Source: a virus. Taken from it: 64,000 nucleotides of DNA. Shown here in pieces: positions 26,460-36,204 of this stretch; the stretch's first letter is position 1; every line of letters starts with the position of its first letter. The notes beneath the pieces were generated by a model that was not told the origin of the DNA, did not search any database, and worked only from the letters and a program-made list of their open reading frames with translations. The DNA is taken from UHGV virus genome UHGV-0247568, one strand, 5' to 3'. The position numbers were made by a program, and so were the translations under genes.

Positions 26460-27743
26460 TTATTCCAATTGTTGTTGTTGTTCTTGTTCAGCTTTTTGTG
26501 TTGCTTTACTCTGCATTGTATTCGGAATAATGAACTCATCATTTTCAGGACGATATAGAACAGAACCAAGTGACATCTTGAAGAAGTCAGGCTGTTTTGT
26601 TTTGTTACGGTCAATTTCTGCACGAGCTTCGTAGAAACTAATTAAATTTCCATCAAATGCTGCAGCAACCGCTTCAGTTTTTTCTTTCATTGTTAGTTGC
26701 ACTAACTTAGAAGTATCCATTTTAAATTGTAGTCCGTCAGATTTTTCTGATTCCAATAACAATTCTTTGTTAACTGCATTTTCAATAGCTGACACAATTG
26801 GGTTTATACATTGTTGTAAGAAAGCGATATTTCCCTGTTCACCAGAGCCGTACTTATTAGCTTCGGTATTAATCAAAAATTCCGGAATATTTAACATTTG
26901 TGCAATAGCTTTGTTTAAATATTGGCGTAATTCTTTCATTTGCAACTTTTGCGGATCAAGTGAAACAGGATTATATTGCAATCCTTCTTCTAAGATAATT
27001 GTTTTACCCGCATTTTCAGAACCGGCATATAAGTTTGAGAAAGAATTTTTTAAGTTAGCGAAAGCTTTTTCACTCAGTTTTTTCTCAGTTTGTAAGACTG
27101 CAATTGGTGCAGCACCATTTTTCATTACCGCTTTTGAAAATTGTTGTTCCGCTAAAGCTAGCCGAAGTAAATCTTCATACTGTCTTAAAATACCTTTACC
27201 AGTAAGACCATCTTTAGAATCACGTAAAATAGTTAGTAATTGATAACCATCAAATTCTTTTGTTCCACCAAAGTCGTTATAAATCGTTTTTGCAAACTTT
27301 TTATAAACGTCAATTGAATAAACTTGAACTGTAATTTTCTTACTCTCCAAGAGATAAAGAGCTTTAATTGTATTTAAATTTCTTTCAATCACAGAATTTG
27401 AAACGCCATATAATAAGTAGTCTCTCGCCATAGCTCTTTTATAAGTATAAGCATCCATCATATCATTTGGCTGTTTGTTTAACAATACTAATCTAGGATC
27501 GTCGTCTTTTCTTATAACGTCTCCTGACTCGGGATCTTTTTTGACTAGTGAAAATGGAAGTTGACCAATTGAAGATGCAATCATATCTACTGCTGCCGCG
27601 ATAGCCGGAATAGATAAAGCGTCTTCTTCTGAGATAGATGTTGATCCACCAAAAAAAGATTCTAATGCCGTTTGGCCATATGTTACCGAGCCATTAGATA
27701 CTGGCATGTTATTATCTTTTTTGAAAAAATCAAATAGTCCCAT
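26460..27743 (-). CDS. portal protein (HK97 family)
   Basis: 427-aa ORF between TerL and the protease. Confidence 0.75.
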   Translation of the reverse strand: MGLFDFFKKDNNMPVSNGSVTYGQTALESFFGGSTSISEEDALSIPAIAAAVDMIASSIGQLPFSLVKKDPESGDVIRKDDDPRLVLLNKQPNDMMDAYTYKRAMARDYLLYGVSNSVIERNLNTIKALYLLESKKITVQVYSIDVYKKFAKTIYNDFGGTKEFDGYQLLTILRDSKDGLTGKGILRQYEDLLRLALAEQQFSKAVMKNGAAPIAVLQTEKKLSEKAFANLKNSFSNLYAGSENAGKTIILEEGLQYNPVSLDPQKLQMKELRQYLNKAIAQMLNIPEFLINTEANKYGSGEQGNIAFLQQCINPIVSAIENAVNKELLLESEKSDGLQFKMDTSKLVQLTMKEKTEAVAAAFDGNLISFYEARAEIDRNKTKQPDFFKMSLGSVLYRPENDEFIIPNTMQSKATQKAEQEQQQQLE

Positions 27744-27759
27744 CTTTTAATCTCCTTCC

Positions 27760-29466
27760 TTATAAAATATAAACACCTCTAGATTCGTAAGAAGATGATC
27801 CTTCTTCGATTTCGGTGTTCCATAATGCGATTGCATCAATTGTTGCTGCTAACATATCGATCTTACCAGTCGATTTTTTCTTGTTTACATAACTATTTAA
27901 GTTATTATCGAAAACTTCTCTAGCGTTTGCAACATTTCGTTCAAAAAGAATATTAGGTTCGTATCCAACTTTTTGTTGAAGAACATATTCTTTTAATAAT
28001 TTTGTCGGTGCATGTAAGGTGTTTGAATGTTGTTTCACTTCAATAACGTCATATCCACCTTCTTCATTCCATCTATTTACAGACGAAATTGCATTCCATT
28101 TATCATATCCGATACCAAGAATGTTAACTCCATATTCCTTTTCCAATTTTAAAACAAAATCTTCAACGAATCTATAAGAGATAATTCGATCACCACAAGC
28201 AAAAGCATATCCATTTTCAATCATCATTTGATAATCGATTTTTTCTATTTTGCTTTTTTGATCAACACCCCAGGCTGGAATAAATGCCCAACTTTTTAGA
28301 ATGAACTTATCTTCATAATGATCATAATGGACCATTGCAACAGAAGTATTATCTCCACTTTGAGCTAAATCGACTCCAATATAAACGTCTTTTCCATACC
28401 AATCATACGCACCATCGAGTTTGTTTTTACGCAAATCTTCAGTTCTAATATATACTTCACTATCGTCTCCATCGACGAAAATGTTCATATGTTTAGTCTT
28501 GAAGTTCTTTTGTGCGGATGGCATTTCAATAGCTTTTTTCCTTTGTTGGAAAAGATATTCTTTATTGTCTTCAATATCGATCGCTAAAGGATTAGCTTTT
28601 AAAAGTTCATCATCGTCAGTCCATTTTTTACTATCATCTGGACGATAAAGCATAGCGAATAATTTTTCGTCTTCAATATCTCCGTGGATAACTTTAGTAG
28701 CATAATCTACTTCTTCAGTCATCGGATTATTTAAAGATTCGTAAGCAGTTGAAATTAAAATACCTGTACGATTCACCATGTTCATTTGTGAAGACTTCAT
28801 TGCATCAATAGGATAACGAGTCCTTAATGCTCCAACTTCATCGGCAACGAACACATTCGCTTTACGACCATCCATACGGTTTTCTGACGTCGCTAATGGA
28901 ACAAATTTACTTTTAGTTAATTTACACCGCACTTCACCACGAACAATTTGGAAATGTTTATTGATTAGTGGGCTTTTTTCAATTTGTTGTTCCATTTCTT
29001 TTTTAACGATTGATGATAATTCTCTATCCGGAGCAACAGAATAAAATTCAGAATATTCTGGCTCTATCAAAAGAAGCAAGATAAACAGAAGAGCTACTAA
29101 AAATGTTTTACCACTTTTACGTCCAATCAACAATACTGATTGTTCATATCTTCGTTTTTCAGGCTCATCCTTATATTTCCAACATAAAACATTCATAATA
29201 AAGAACCACTGGAAAGGCGCTAATGAATCTCTAACAGGTTGTCCTTGTCTGATTCCTGAAGCCATATTAATTAGTCCAGTTAACATTGTGATTTTTTTAG
29301 CAAGATTATAATCAAAGAAGAATTTAAAATCTTCATCCTCTTCTTTTGTCAAATCGTTTAAAAATGTTTCACAAATTATTTTAATATCTTTATTAGTTGG
29401 AAATTTGTTTTCCGTAACATCGATGGCATACTTATATGATGGATGGTCTTTAAATGATTCATCCAT
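27760..29466 (-). CDS. terL: terminase large subunit
   Basis: Walker A LLIGRKSGKT. 568-aa ATPase plus nuclease architecture. Located upstream of the portal. RBS ggagg. Confidence 0.85.
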   Translation of the reverse strand: MDESFKDHPSYKYAIDVTENKFPTNKDIKIICETFLNDLTKEEDEDFKFFFDYNLAKKITMLTGLINMASGIRQGQPVRDSLAPFQWFFIMNVLCWKYKDEPEKRRYEQSVLLIGRKSGKTFLVALLFILLLLIEPEYSEFYSVAPDRELSSIVKKEMEQQIEKSPLINKHFQIVRGEVRCKLTKSKFVPLATSENRMDGRKANVFVADEVGALRTRYPIDAMKSSQMNMVNRTGILISTAYESLNNPMTEEVDYATKVIHGDIEDEKLFAMLYRPDDSKKWTDDDELLKANPLAIDIEDNKEYLFQQRKKAIEMPSAQKNFKTKHMNIFVDGDDSEVYIRTEDLRKNKLDGAYDWYGKDVYIGVDLAQSGDNTSVAMVHYDHYEDKFILKSWAFIPAWGVDQKSKIEKIDYQMMIENGYAFACGDRIISYRFVEDFVLKLEKEYGVNILGIGYDKWNAISSVNRWNEEGGYDVIEVKQHSNTLHAPTKLLKEYVLQQKVGYEPNILFERNVANAREVFDNNLNSYVNKKKSTGKIDMLAATIDAIALWNTEIEEGSSSYESRGVYIL

Positions 29467-29504
29467 AAGTAAACCTCCAATTAGATAGCTTTTATTAAGC
29501 TAAA

Positions 29505-29576
29505 CAGGTCGTAGAAGATTCGAACTCCTATCACTTGGGTTGGAGCCAAGTATGTTGCCAATTACACCAACAACCT
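29505..29576 (-). tRNA. tRNA-Trp (anticodon CCA)
   Basis: Hand-folded cloverleaf on the minus strand. Acceptor AGGTTGT/ACGACCT (one G-U). D-stem GTGT/ACAT with a GG-containing loop. Anticodon stem CTTGG/CCAAG with loop CT-CCA-AC (U33, A37). T-arm AGGAG-TTCGAAT-CTTCT. Discriminator G, no encoded CCA. Confidence 0.7.
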
Positions 29577-29826
29577 ATGTGAAACTAAAAAGTTTCACTA
29601 AAAAAAGAAAAAAAGGAAGTTATGACTAGAAAAGTAGAAAGTAGAAAGGTGTTCAGAGAACACAATGATAGCCAATCGGAATCGCACCGATTCAAAAAGG
29701 CTTGTCAACCTTAATGTCTACTAAGAAGCTACCGCATTTAATGTTCCACCTTTAAAGGCAGTGGGACACCTATTTTAAAGTTCCACATTTATGGTAGTGG
29801 GTTACCATATGTCTCAATTGCTGATA

Positions 29827-30123
29827 TTATTTATTGGCGCTTGGTTTGTAACCAATTAATTTGCGCAGAGTTTTGCCTTCATCATTCAATAGCCAAACAG
29901 CTACAATTTTAAAGTCTTCATAATAAGCATTGTCTAGCAATTTTATATTCAAACCATTTTCATCATGAGTGAATACCATTGGATGAGATGATTTATTTGA
30001 AACAACTGTTTTGTTAATGTCAGTTCCAGTTGCGGTGATACCTGCAATATAATCAACTCGTAATGTTGCTGCTTTCTTATTATTAATTTCCTCTTTACTG
30101 AACTTGTCAATTTGTAATAACAT
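29827..30123 (-). CDS. hypothetical protein (98 aa) between terS and terL
   Basis: ORF only. Confidence 0.4.
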   Translation of the reverse strand: MLLQIDKFSKEEINNKKAATLRVDYIAGITATGTDINKTVVSNKSSHPMVFTHDENGLNIKLLDNAYYEDFKIVAVWLLNDEGKTLRKLIGYKPSANK

Positions 30124-30266
30124 ATAAAATCTCTCCTATCTTTCTGTCTAATTAATAATATGTTATATATTATGTAGGCAGACTAACAAAAAACCTAAAA
30201 CATTAGTCTGAGTTTTTTAAAGGTATCCAGTTTTAAAATCGAAATATAATGCGACCGTTTCGGTCT

Positions 30267-30759
30267 CTATGATTTCAATGCGGCTAACAGCGGATCTTCT
30301 TCCTCTTCTTTTGCCTCGACTTTAAGTTGGCTTAAACTAGCCCTTGCTGAAGGAGATAATCCAAGTTGTCCACACAAAGCTCTATATTGTGTTAAATATG
30401 CTAATTTCGTTTTTACCATTGGATGTTCTTTTGGAATTGTATTTCCAAACTTATCATAAGAATCATATTTGATTCCTTCACGAGCTAAAATTTCATCAGC
30501 TTGTTTCATTTTTGAAAGACAATCAGCTGTTTGTGATAATAACGGTACGTCTAAATTAGACAAAAATCCTGATTCGCTGAATTCATTAATTAGAAATTGA
30601 TAATATTCTTGGGCATAATCGTCTATATCGTCTGGAACAATCCACACTAAATCGTCATTTCCTGCCATTTCTTTTTCAACTTCTGCTCGTTCGTTTAAAT
30701 CTTCTTTTGTTTCACTTTTACCAGCTTTAACTGTTGCTGGTTTTCTAGGGTCGTGCCAT
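30267..30759 (-). CDS. terS: terminase small subunit, P27 family. As sequenced, a +1 shift at the CCC run (plus-strand GGG 30748-30750) is needed to join the start ATG-GCA-CGA-CCC to the main frame
   Basis: The body ends SNLDVPLL…YRALCGQLGLSPSARASL, the P27-family C-terminal signature. The main frame continues upstream of the annotated Met (30668) as …HDPRKPATVKAGKSETKEDLNERAEVEKE, matching the basic family N-terminus, but it has no start codon. An ATG at 30759-30757 (TAATG overlap with the GIY-YIG stop) reads MARP* in the +1 frame. Removing one C gives MARPRKPATVKAG…, a 164-aa typical TerS. Confidence 0.6.
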
Positions 30760-31496
30760 TACAGCATCACCACCTTGCTTAAATATTCTTCTTTTGTAAT
30801 TGTTTCAAAAATCATATCTTTATAAAACTTTTTAGATAGTCCATATTTTACATTTATGTCGCTATATTTCTTTTTAAAATCATTTCTAGAGCTAAAGTAT
30901 TCGACTCTTCCATCTTTAAAAGATACTTTAAGCGGAATTTTACATTTGTTTTTTAAATATAACTCGGTGTTATCTATGATAGTTTCTTTCTTCATTCCTT
31001 TATTCCAAGGAATATTACCTTTCAAACTATCACTTATTTTGGATCGAGTTTCTTCTGAATGATTTTTACCAAGCATTGGGTGTATTCCTTTTTCTCCAGA
31101 TTTATACATAGGATTATTCGGACCAACACCAATGTTCTTTTCTTTTCGTGTTTTAATCATTCTATTATAAATGTCTTTCTTTTCAGAATCTGGAAGGAAC
31201 TTAATTAAATATCCACCTTCTCCTCCTGCAGCTACATTATAAGAATTTTCTCTATATTTATTTATAAAGAAAATTTCTTGAGCGTTTAATTCTTCTTCAG
31301 AGAAGCACCAACATATAATTTCATTTTTAAAGTTGTTTATTCCATATTTTTTAATAGCGTGTTTTAAGATCTTTCCGCTACCAAAATATTTTTCATCAAT
31401 ATTTTTAGTTTCTCTTTTGTGTTTTCCAATATATACTTTATTATTAATTAAGTTGGTGGTTTTATAGATATAACCAAATGGATTTGCCATATTCAT
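30759..31496 (-). CDS. GIY-YIG homing endonuclease (I-TevI/Seg-like, with NUMOD3-type DNA-binding repeats)
   Basis: N-terminal GYIYKTTNLINNKVYIGKH…YFGSG GIY-YIG motif. Repeated NPMYKSGEKGIHPMLGKNHSEETRSKIS NUMOD3-like motifs. Confidence 0.75.
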   Translation of the reverse strand: MNMANPFGYIYKTTNLINNKVYIGKHKRETKNIDEKYFGSGKILKHAIKKYGINNFKNEIICWCFSEEELNAQEIFFINKYRENSYNVAAGGEGGYLIKFLPDSEKKDIYNRMIKTRKEKNIGVGPNNPMYKSGEKGIHPMLGKNHSEETRSKISDSLKGNIPWNKGMKKETIIDNTELYLKNKCKIPLKVSFKDGRVEYFSSRNDFKKKYSDINVKYGLSKKFYKDMIFETITKEEYLSKVVML

Positions 31497-31502
31497 TCCT
31501 CC

Positions 31503-31919
31503 TTATAAATTAAACGAATCGTCAACTGGTGGCTCCCAATCAAAATCGATACCATTTAATCCTAGTTGAATATTGCAAGTCTTACATAAAGTTATAATAT
31601 TATCTTCTTCAAATGTTAATTCCGGATAATAAATACGTGGCTTAATGTGGTGAACTTGTAATTGATCACCATTAATAATGTTGTATTTAATATAGCAACG
31701 TTGGCAAATATGATTATCTCTTGCAATAATTCTTAATCTTAATTTTCTCCATCTTCGAGATTCTAATGGTTTTAAAGTTTCAATATTTTTTCTTCTATAT
31801 TCTCGACGTCGAGCATTTGACTCTTGTCTTGCTTTTTCTTTTCCAGGACAATTATGTTTAGAATCTGCTATTTTGCCGCAATATCGACAGATCGTTTTTC
31901 TCTCCGGCATTTTCAGCAA
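31503..31919 (-). CDS. HNH endonuclease (terminase-associated type)
   Basis: HNH motif NHICQRC…QVHHIKP…NIITLCKTCN with zinc-ligand Cys pairs. Sits upstream of terS, as in cos-type HNH phages. Confidence 0.75.
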   Translation of the reverse strand: MLKMPERKTICRYCGKIADSKHNCPGKEKARQESNARRREYRRKNIETLKPLESRRWRKLRLRIIARDNHICQRCYIKYNIINGDQLQVHHIKPRIYYPELTFEEDNIITLCKTCNIQLGLNGIDFDWEPPVDDSFNL

Positions 31920-32046
31920 TCAACTCCCATTCTAAATCTAAACTGTCGTCATGGATGTTAATTTCAAATCCGCAATTTGGACATTCACTAACATTAAAAT
32001 AATCTATTTTAGACCAACAATTTGGACATTCAATTAAATTTTCCAT
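31858..32046 (-). CDS. small zinc-ribbon protein (62 aa; CPNC…CPNC)
   Basis: Two CxxC pairs. RBS aggag before the ATG. Partly overlaps the HNH ORF start. Confidence 0.35.
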   Translation of the reverse strand: MENLIECPNCWSKIDYFNVSECPNCGFEINIHDDSLDLEWELIAENAGEKNDLSILRQNSRF

Positions 32047-32129
32047 AGCTAACTCCTAAAGTTAACTCTTTATCTCTTATATTATATATAAGTATTACAC
32101 ATGTTTTTTATATATTTTTTCAAAAAATG

Positions 32130-32158
32130 TTTACTTTTTTCATGAAACATGATATAAT
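32130..32158 (+). promoter_or_regulatory. promoter TTTACT-N17-TGaTATAAT in the divergent region
   Basis: TTTACT 32130-32135, TATAAT 32153-32158, TG at -14. Confidence 0.5.
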
Positions 32159-32190
32159 TTAATTATACTAAAAGAAGTGAGGTTGTTTAG

Positions 32191-32346
32191 ATGGAAGAAA
32201 AGATTTTTATCGTATATGTAAAAACAATTAATGGTAATGATAATTTAATGCCAATATCAGCGATATCAGAAGAAGAAGCAACACAAAAAGCTCTTAAAAG
32301 TAGTTTAGTTTCTGAAGTAATTGGAGTTGATAAAAATGGTAAGTAG
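32191..32346 (+). CDS. small hypothetical protein (51 aa), not in the track
   Basis: RBS aagtgaggt then ATG. Overlaps the next gene's start. Confidence 0.3.
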   Translation: MEEKIFIVYVKTINGNDNLMPISAISEEEATQKALKSSLVSEVIGVDKNGK

Positions 32347-33199
32347 AATGGGTAAAAATAAAGTGAAAATTACGACAAGACGAGTCGCAATTACGGAAGA
32401 TGTTCCACTTGGAAGATATGTTAAAATCAAAGGCAACGGTTATATTTTTGTTAATAGTTTAAACAAAGCAACTATTTTTGATAATATCGATCGAGCAAAA
32501 CAAGCTATGGAAAAATATAATATTGAAGATTTTGGTTTAAATTTTGCTCCAATCGTTGTAGATAATTCTAAACATGGAAAAGGAATTAAAACTGCTTCAA
32601 GAAATATTATGAAAAATATTAGAGAAATTGCTGTTGTAGATGATCTTACAAAAGAATATGTTGAATCACTTATTTTTGGAAAAAGTTTTTCATATTTTTC
32701 ACTTGATTCAAAATATATTTTATCTCACCAAAAAGAATTGAAAGATGAAGTGCTAAATAAAATTGGTAAGTTAATTGAGTTCCATAATCATTGCGATAAA
32801 TATTATGTTGTATCAATTCTTCCAAATAAAACTTCAAAAGAAATGATCGCAAAAGAATGTAAAGGCTGCGCAATTTGTGATGTGATTCAAGATTTAGCTT
32901 CATTTTTAGATGTTCCTGAAATGAGCAAAATTTATAAAGTTTCGACAATGCAAGATACGGATCGTCATAAAAAATATGATATGAATAATTTAGAAGATTT
33001 GGCTGAAATGTATTTCGATTTTGTCACTCTTCGAAATAGTGGATATTCACCGAAAAATATCGCAAAAATGTATGGCATTTCTTACGAACAACATTGCGAA
33101 AATTATGATCGACTTCTTGAAAGTGAGTTCCATGAAATTGTTGGTCGCAAAAATCGAGGCATTGAAAAAGTCGAACGACGAACAAGGATAGATATTTAA
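32336..33199 (+). CDS. hypothetical protein (288 aa; the track start at 32321 is in the same frame)
   Basis: The ATG at 32336 follows ggag. Contains a CxxC pair. No family recognised. Confidence 0.5.
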   Translation: MVSRMGKNKVKITTRRVAITEDVPLGRYVKIKGNGYIFVNSLNKATIFDNIDRAKQAMEKYNIEDFGLNFAPIVVDNSKHGKGIKTASRNIMKNIREIAVVDDLTKEYVESLIFGKSFSYFSLDSKYILSHQKELKDEVLNKIGKLIEFHNHCDKYYVVSILPNKTSKEMIAKECKGCAICDVIQDLASFLDVPEMSKIYKVSTMQDTDRHKKYDMNNLEDLAEMYFDFVTLRNSGYSPKNIAKMYGISYEQHCENYDRLLESEFHEIVGRKNRGIEKVERRTRIDI

Positions 33200-34586
33200 T
33201 TTTTTATTAAATTTTTAATTTTTATATTATATAACGCCACACACTGGTTACCCCTAAGAAACGTTTTGGTACCTGGTGTGTGGCGAAAACTCAATAACGT
33301 ATTACCAGGAATTTCGCCTTTTTTCCTGAGGACAGTGCGGGCTATTTCGTCGACCGATGCGGATGGGTTGGTAGCCATTTCACACCCTCAGGACAAAAAT
33401 AATGAATGACTGAACACACTTTAATGCATTAATGATTGATGTGATGACACAGCACATACGTTGCACACATAAAGTTGAAGCAAGAAGTAAAAGTGTTTCA
33501 CTGTCAGTCACTCTCAAGCTGTCTATACTCACTATAGTAGATATATCCTACACACCCTCAAGACGTCCCTCAGACATACCTCAGACACTACCCCTGTCTA
33601 CTATAATCTATATAATACACTACTATGATATAATATAACAATAATATGTACTATTATGCTGTATATGTACACTATATAATGTACGTATAATGTACACCCT
33701 GAGTACACATATAATATATATTATATATTTTGTGGTGCATATATGCTGTTATTATGTAGCTGATATGCAATATATATAAATAATGTGTACACACTATGTA
33801 CATTATAGTGATGCAATATTATAGTGCAACAATATACTGACTTTATATATAATATATAATCTATATACGTGCTATATGGTATAATGGTATACTGTACCAT
33901 ATTTTACCTGATATATATGGCATGTTATATACGGCTATCTATATACGGGTATATACATGGGTATATAGGTACTCCATGGTGTATATGTGCCTATCCTTAT
34001 AGACGATATATGGTATATATAATAAAAGGATTATGACCAACTCCATGGAGTAGATAACAGATATTTATTGCATACATTTTTGCGAAGCAAAATGTATGCT
34101 CCTTACGTTTTGCGAAGCAAAAACGTAAGGATTGGTAACTGCTTACTATTCCTCTTAAATATACAAATTCCTCTTATTCTAATATAAAATATCAAATAGT
34201 CTAATATATAATAATATCTCCCTCTTTGATGTTTACACCTCCATGGTGTATAGTGTAAAATATCAAATATACTAATCTATATATATAGGATTCGGTGTTT
34301 TTGTGATTTTACAGTTTACAGTTGACAGTTAGTATGATATAATATAATTATCTTAAATATGAGGAGATGAGCTGAATTTGAATTAGTTAAAGGACGTTTT
34401 AAAGTTGGAGACAGATTTAGACACATTCGTTATGGAAACTTGAATGTATTAAAAATTATAGAAGTCAGAGAATATGAGAGACATTTGCCAAACTATAGAG
34501 TGATTAGTGAAAATAATGGCTATAAATATTTGATTAGTGAAGATGAGTTAGTGAAATATCCAATTATTAGAAATGAGGAATAAATT
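33200..34586. other. 1.4-kb ORF-poor region with three parts: a GC-rich structured element (33228-33400), an AT/TA-rich iteron block (33600-34030) and twin palindromes capped by GCGAAGC mini-hairpins (34071-34130). Candidate replication origin and/or packaging region
   Basis: No credible ORF. Long hairpins cgccacacac…gtgtgtggcg and tcctgagg…cctcagga. Repeats (g)ggtatata and tatacgg. Four CCATGG copies. Palindromes catacatttt-TGCGAAGCA-aaatgtatg and ccttacgtttt-GCGAAGC-aaaaacgtaagg. Confidence 0.45.
34315..34343 (+). promoter_or_regulatory. promoter TTTACA-N17-TGaTATAAT
   Basis: TTTACA 34315-34320, TATAAT 34338-34343. A second TTTACA lies 7 nt upstream. Confidence 0.5.
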
Positions 34587-36185
34587 GTGAAAAAGAATAC
34601 AAAGGGAGAAATTGACTTACATTTAATTTTAGGTCAAGCTGGAAGTGGAAAGAGTAGTAAACTATTTAATATGATTGAAACTGAAATGAACGAAGGTAAA
34701 ATGAGACCGATTATCTTATGTAACAAATGGTTATTAGTTCGTTCGACTGAAAAGAAAGTTAGTAAGTTAAATGTCAATCATAATGTTCGTGTGCAAACAG
34801 TTCAATCAATTACTGAACGAACGATTAATGTGCAGAATCAATTAGCTGGAATTGATACAATTATTTTAGATGAATTTAGTCAAATCGATTATAACACGTT
34901 GCTTTCATTAACAGATGCTTGTAAAAAAGTTGGAATTACAAGAATCGTTGCAGCAGGTGACTTCTTACAAAATGAACCGATTAAAGGTGGAAGTTATAGT
35001 CCAATGCGATTAATTATTCGTCAATTCTTATTAGGAATTACATCAAACTTCTTCGCTTCATTGAACTTTTATCCGATTTACGAGTGGCTAAAAGATCAAT
35101 CACAATATAACCATGGAGTGTTGGAAGTTCCTAAGGATTTGCGCACTATGCTAAAATCAATTACTTATGAAGCGCTTTTGGACAATTGGAGACAAAATGG
35201 TAAAGTAACTATTCGTAATAGTCAAGATATGCGACAATTGTTAGCTGATAATTTATATCTATTTCAATATGATGGTGAATATAAAGATAAATTGAAAAAA
35301 GCTATTATGCGAAAAGATTGGCAGATTATAGTTGCAGATTGGAAGCAAATGGCTGTTGTTAATAAATTTGCGTATGATAATGGTTTAAATGGATGTCAAA
35401 CTGATTATTATATCGACATCCGTGGTTATCAAGATGAAAATTATCGCAACTATTATAAATTGACACAAAAAGGATATAGATTAATTAATGGTCGTGATGA
35501 TTCAATTAAAGACGATTTTGAATTGATGCAATGTATTCGTCCGACATTTGCAATTATTGCTGATAGTGCGCAAGGATTAGAATTTGATAACGTTATGCTT
35601 GTTTCATTATTAGATGAAAGTGTAAATAAAGGAAGCAAATACAAAAGTTGGTCAAATTTTTCATTCAACTCATTATACATGGCAATGACTAGACACAAGA
35701 TTGAAGTTGACTTATGTGTTGATGAACATGGATGGAAAGATATGAATAGAACATTAGACATTGTGCCTTATGCAAAAAAAGATATGATTGAAGAAGAGTG
35801 GTTACATTATTGTGCTCGTGTAAATATGCCAGCATTTGAAGCGTTAGAAATGTATAAGAACAAAAGTCACTATTTTGTAAACAATGGATATTTTGTTTCA
35901 AATATCGGTAACACTGTTGTTCGGTTCGCAAAAGGTACCAAAACATTTGATATTGGATTAAAACCAGATTATACTCTTTTAAAATTATGGAAACAATATC
36001 ACCCAAATATTATTGATGAAAATGTTGAAAAAACATTGAAAAAAAGTAAAACAAACAATAGTAATACTGTTATTTTAGATTGGATTAATGAAATTGGTAA
36101 AGAAAATATTGATATGAGTTTATCAGTTCGTAAATTCAAAGCAAAATATGGAAAAACAAAAAGTCAAGTTGAAAAATATTTATAA
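34587..36185 (+). CDS. SF1 helicase-like P-loop NTPase (GTG start)
   Basis: Walker A LILGQAGSGKSS, Walker B ILDEFSQ. C-terminal SAQGLEFDNVMLV and YMAMTRHK resemble SF1 (Pif1/RecD/UvrD) motifs V and VI. RBS aatgaggaa. Confidence 0.55.
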   Translation: MKKNTKGEIDLHLILGQAGSGKSSKLFNMIETEMNEGKMRPIILCNKWLLVRSTEKKVSKLNVNHNVRVQTVQSITERTINVQNQLAGIDTIILDEFSQIDYNTLLSLTDACKKVGITRIVAAGDFLQNEPIKGGSYSPMRLIIRQFLLGITSNFFASLNFYPIYEWLKDQSQYNHGVLEVPKDLRTMLKSITYEALLDNWRQNGKVTIRNSQDMRQLLADNLYLFQYDGEYKDKLKKAIMRKDWQIIVADWKQMAVVNKFAYDNGLNGCQTDYYIDIRGYQDENYRNYYKLTQKGYRLINGRDDSIKDDFELMQCIRPTFAIIADSAQGLEFDNVMLVSLLDESVNKGSKYKSWSNFSFNSLYMAMTRHKIEVDLCVDEHGWKDMNRTLDIVPYAKKDMIEEEWLHYCARVNMPAFEALEMYKNKSHYFVNNGYFVSNIGNTVVRFAKGTKTFDIGLKPDYTLLKLWKQYHPNIIDENVEKTLKKSKTNNSNTVILDWINEIGKENIDMSLSVRKFKAKYGKTKSQVEKYL

Positions 36186-36204
36186 AAAATATAGGAGGAA
36201 AGTG

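Noticed and set aside
29577-29830. Possible second tRNA or cos site in the terS-terL spacer
   Set aside because: Could not fold a second cloverleaf with T-loop/D-loop signatures. No way to identify cohesive ends from sequence alone. Kept only as the direct-repeat observation.
33196-33378. 60-aa minus-strand ORF within the GC-rich structured element
   Set aside because: No RBS. It lies in a segment whose base-pairing potential suggests RNA or DNA structure rather than coding. The composition differs from all other genes.
34371-34583. 70-codon open frame (…ELVKGRFKVGDRFRHIRYGNLNVLKIIEVREYERHLPNYRVISENNGYKYLISEDELVKYPIIRNEE*) just upstream of the first helicase
   Set aside because: No ATG, GTG or TTG at its 5' end. 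Only two 3-codon mini-ORFs follow the strong SD there. It could be a sequencing-error-disrupted gene, but it cannot be supported as a CDS as sequenced.
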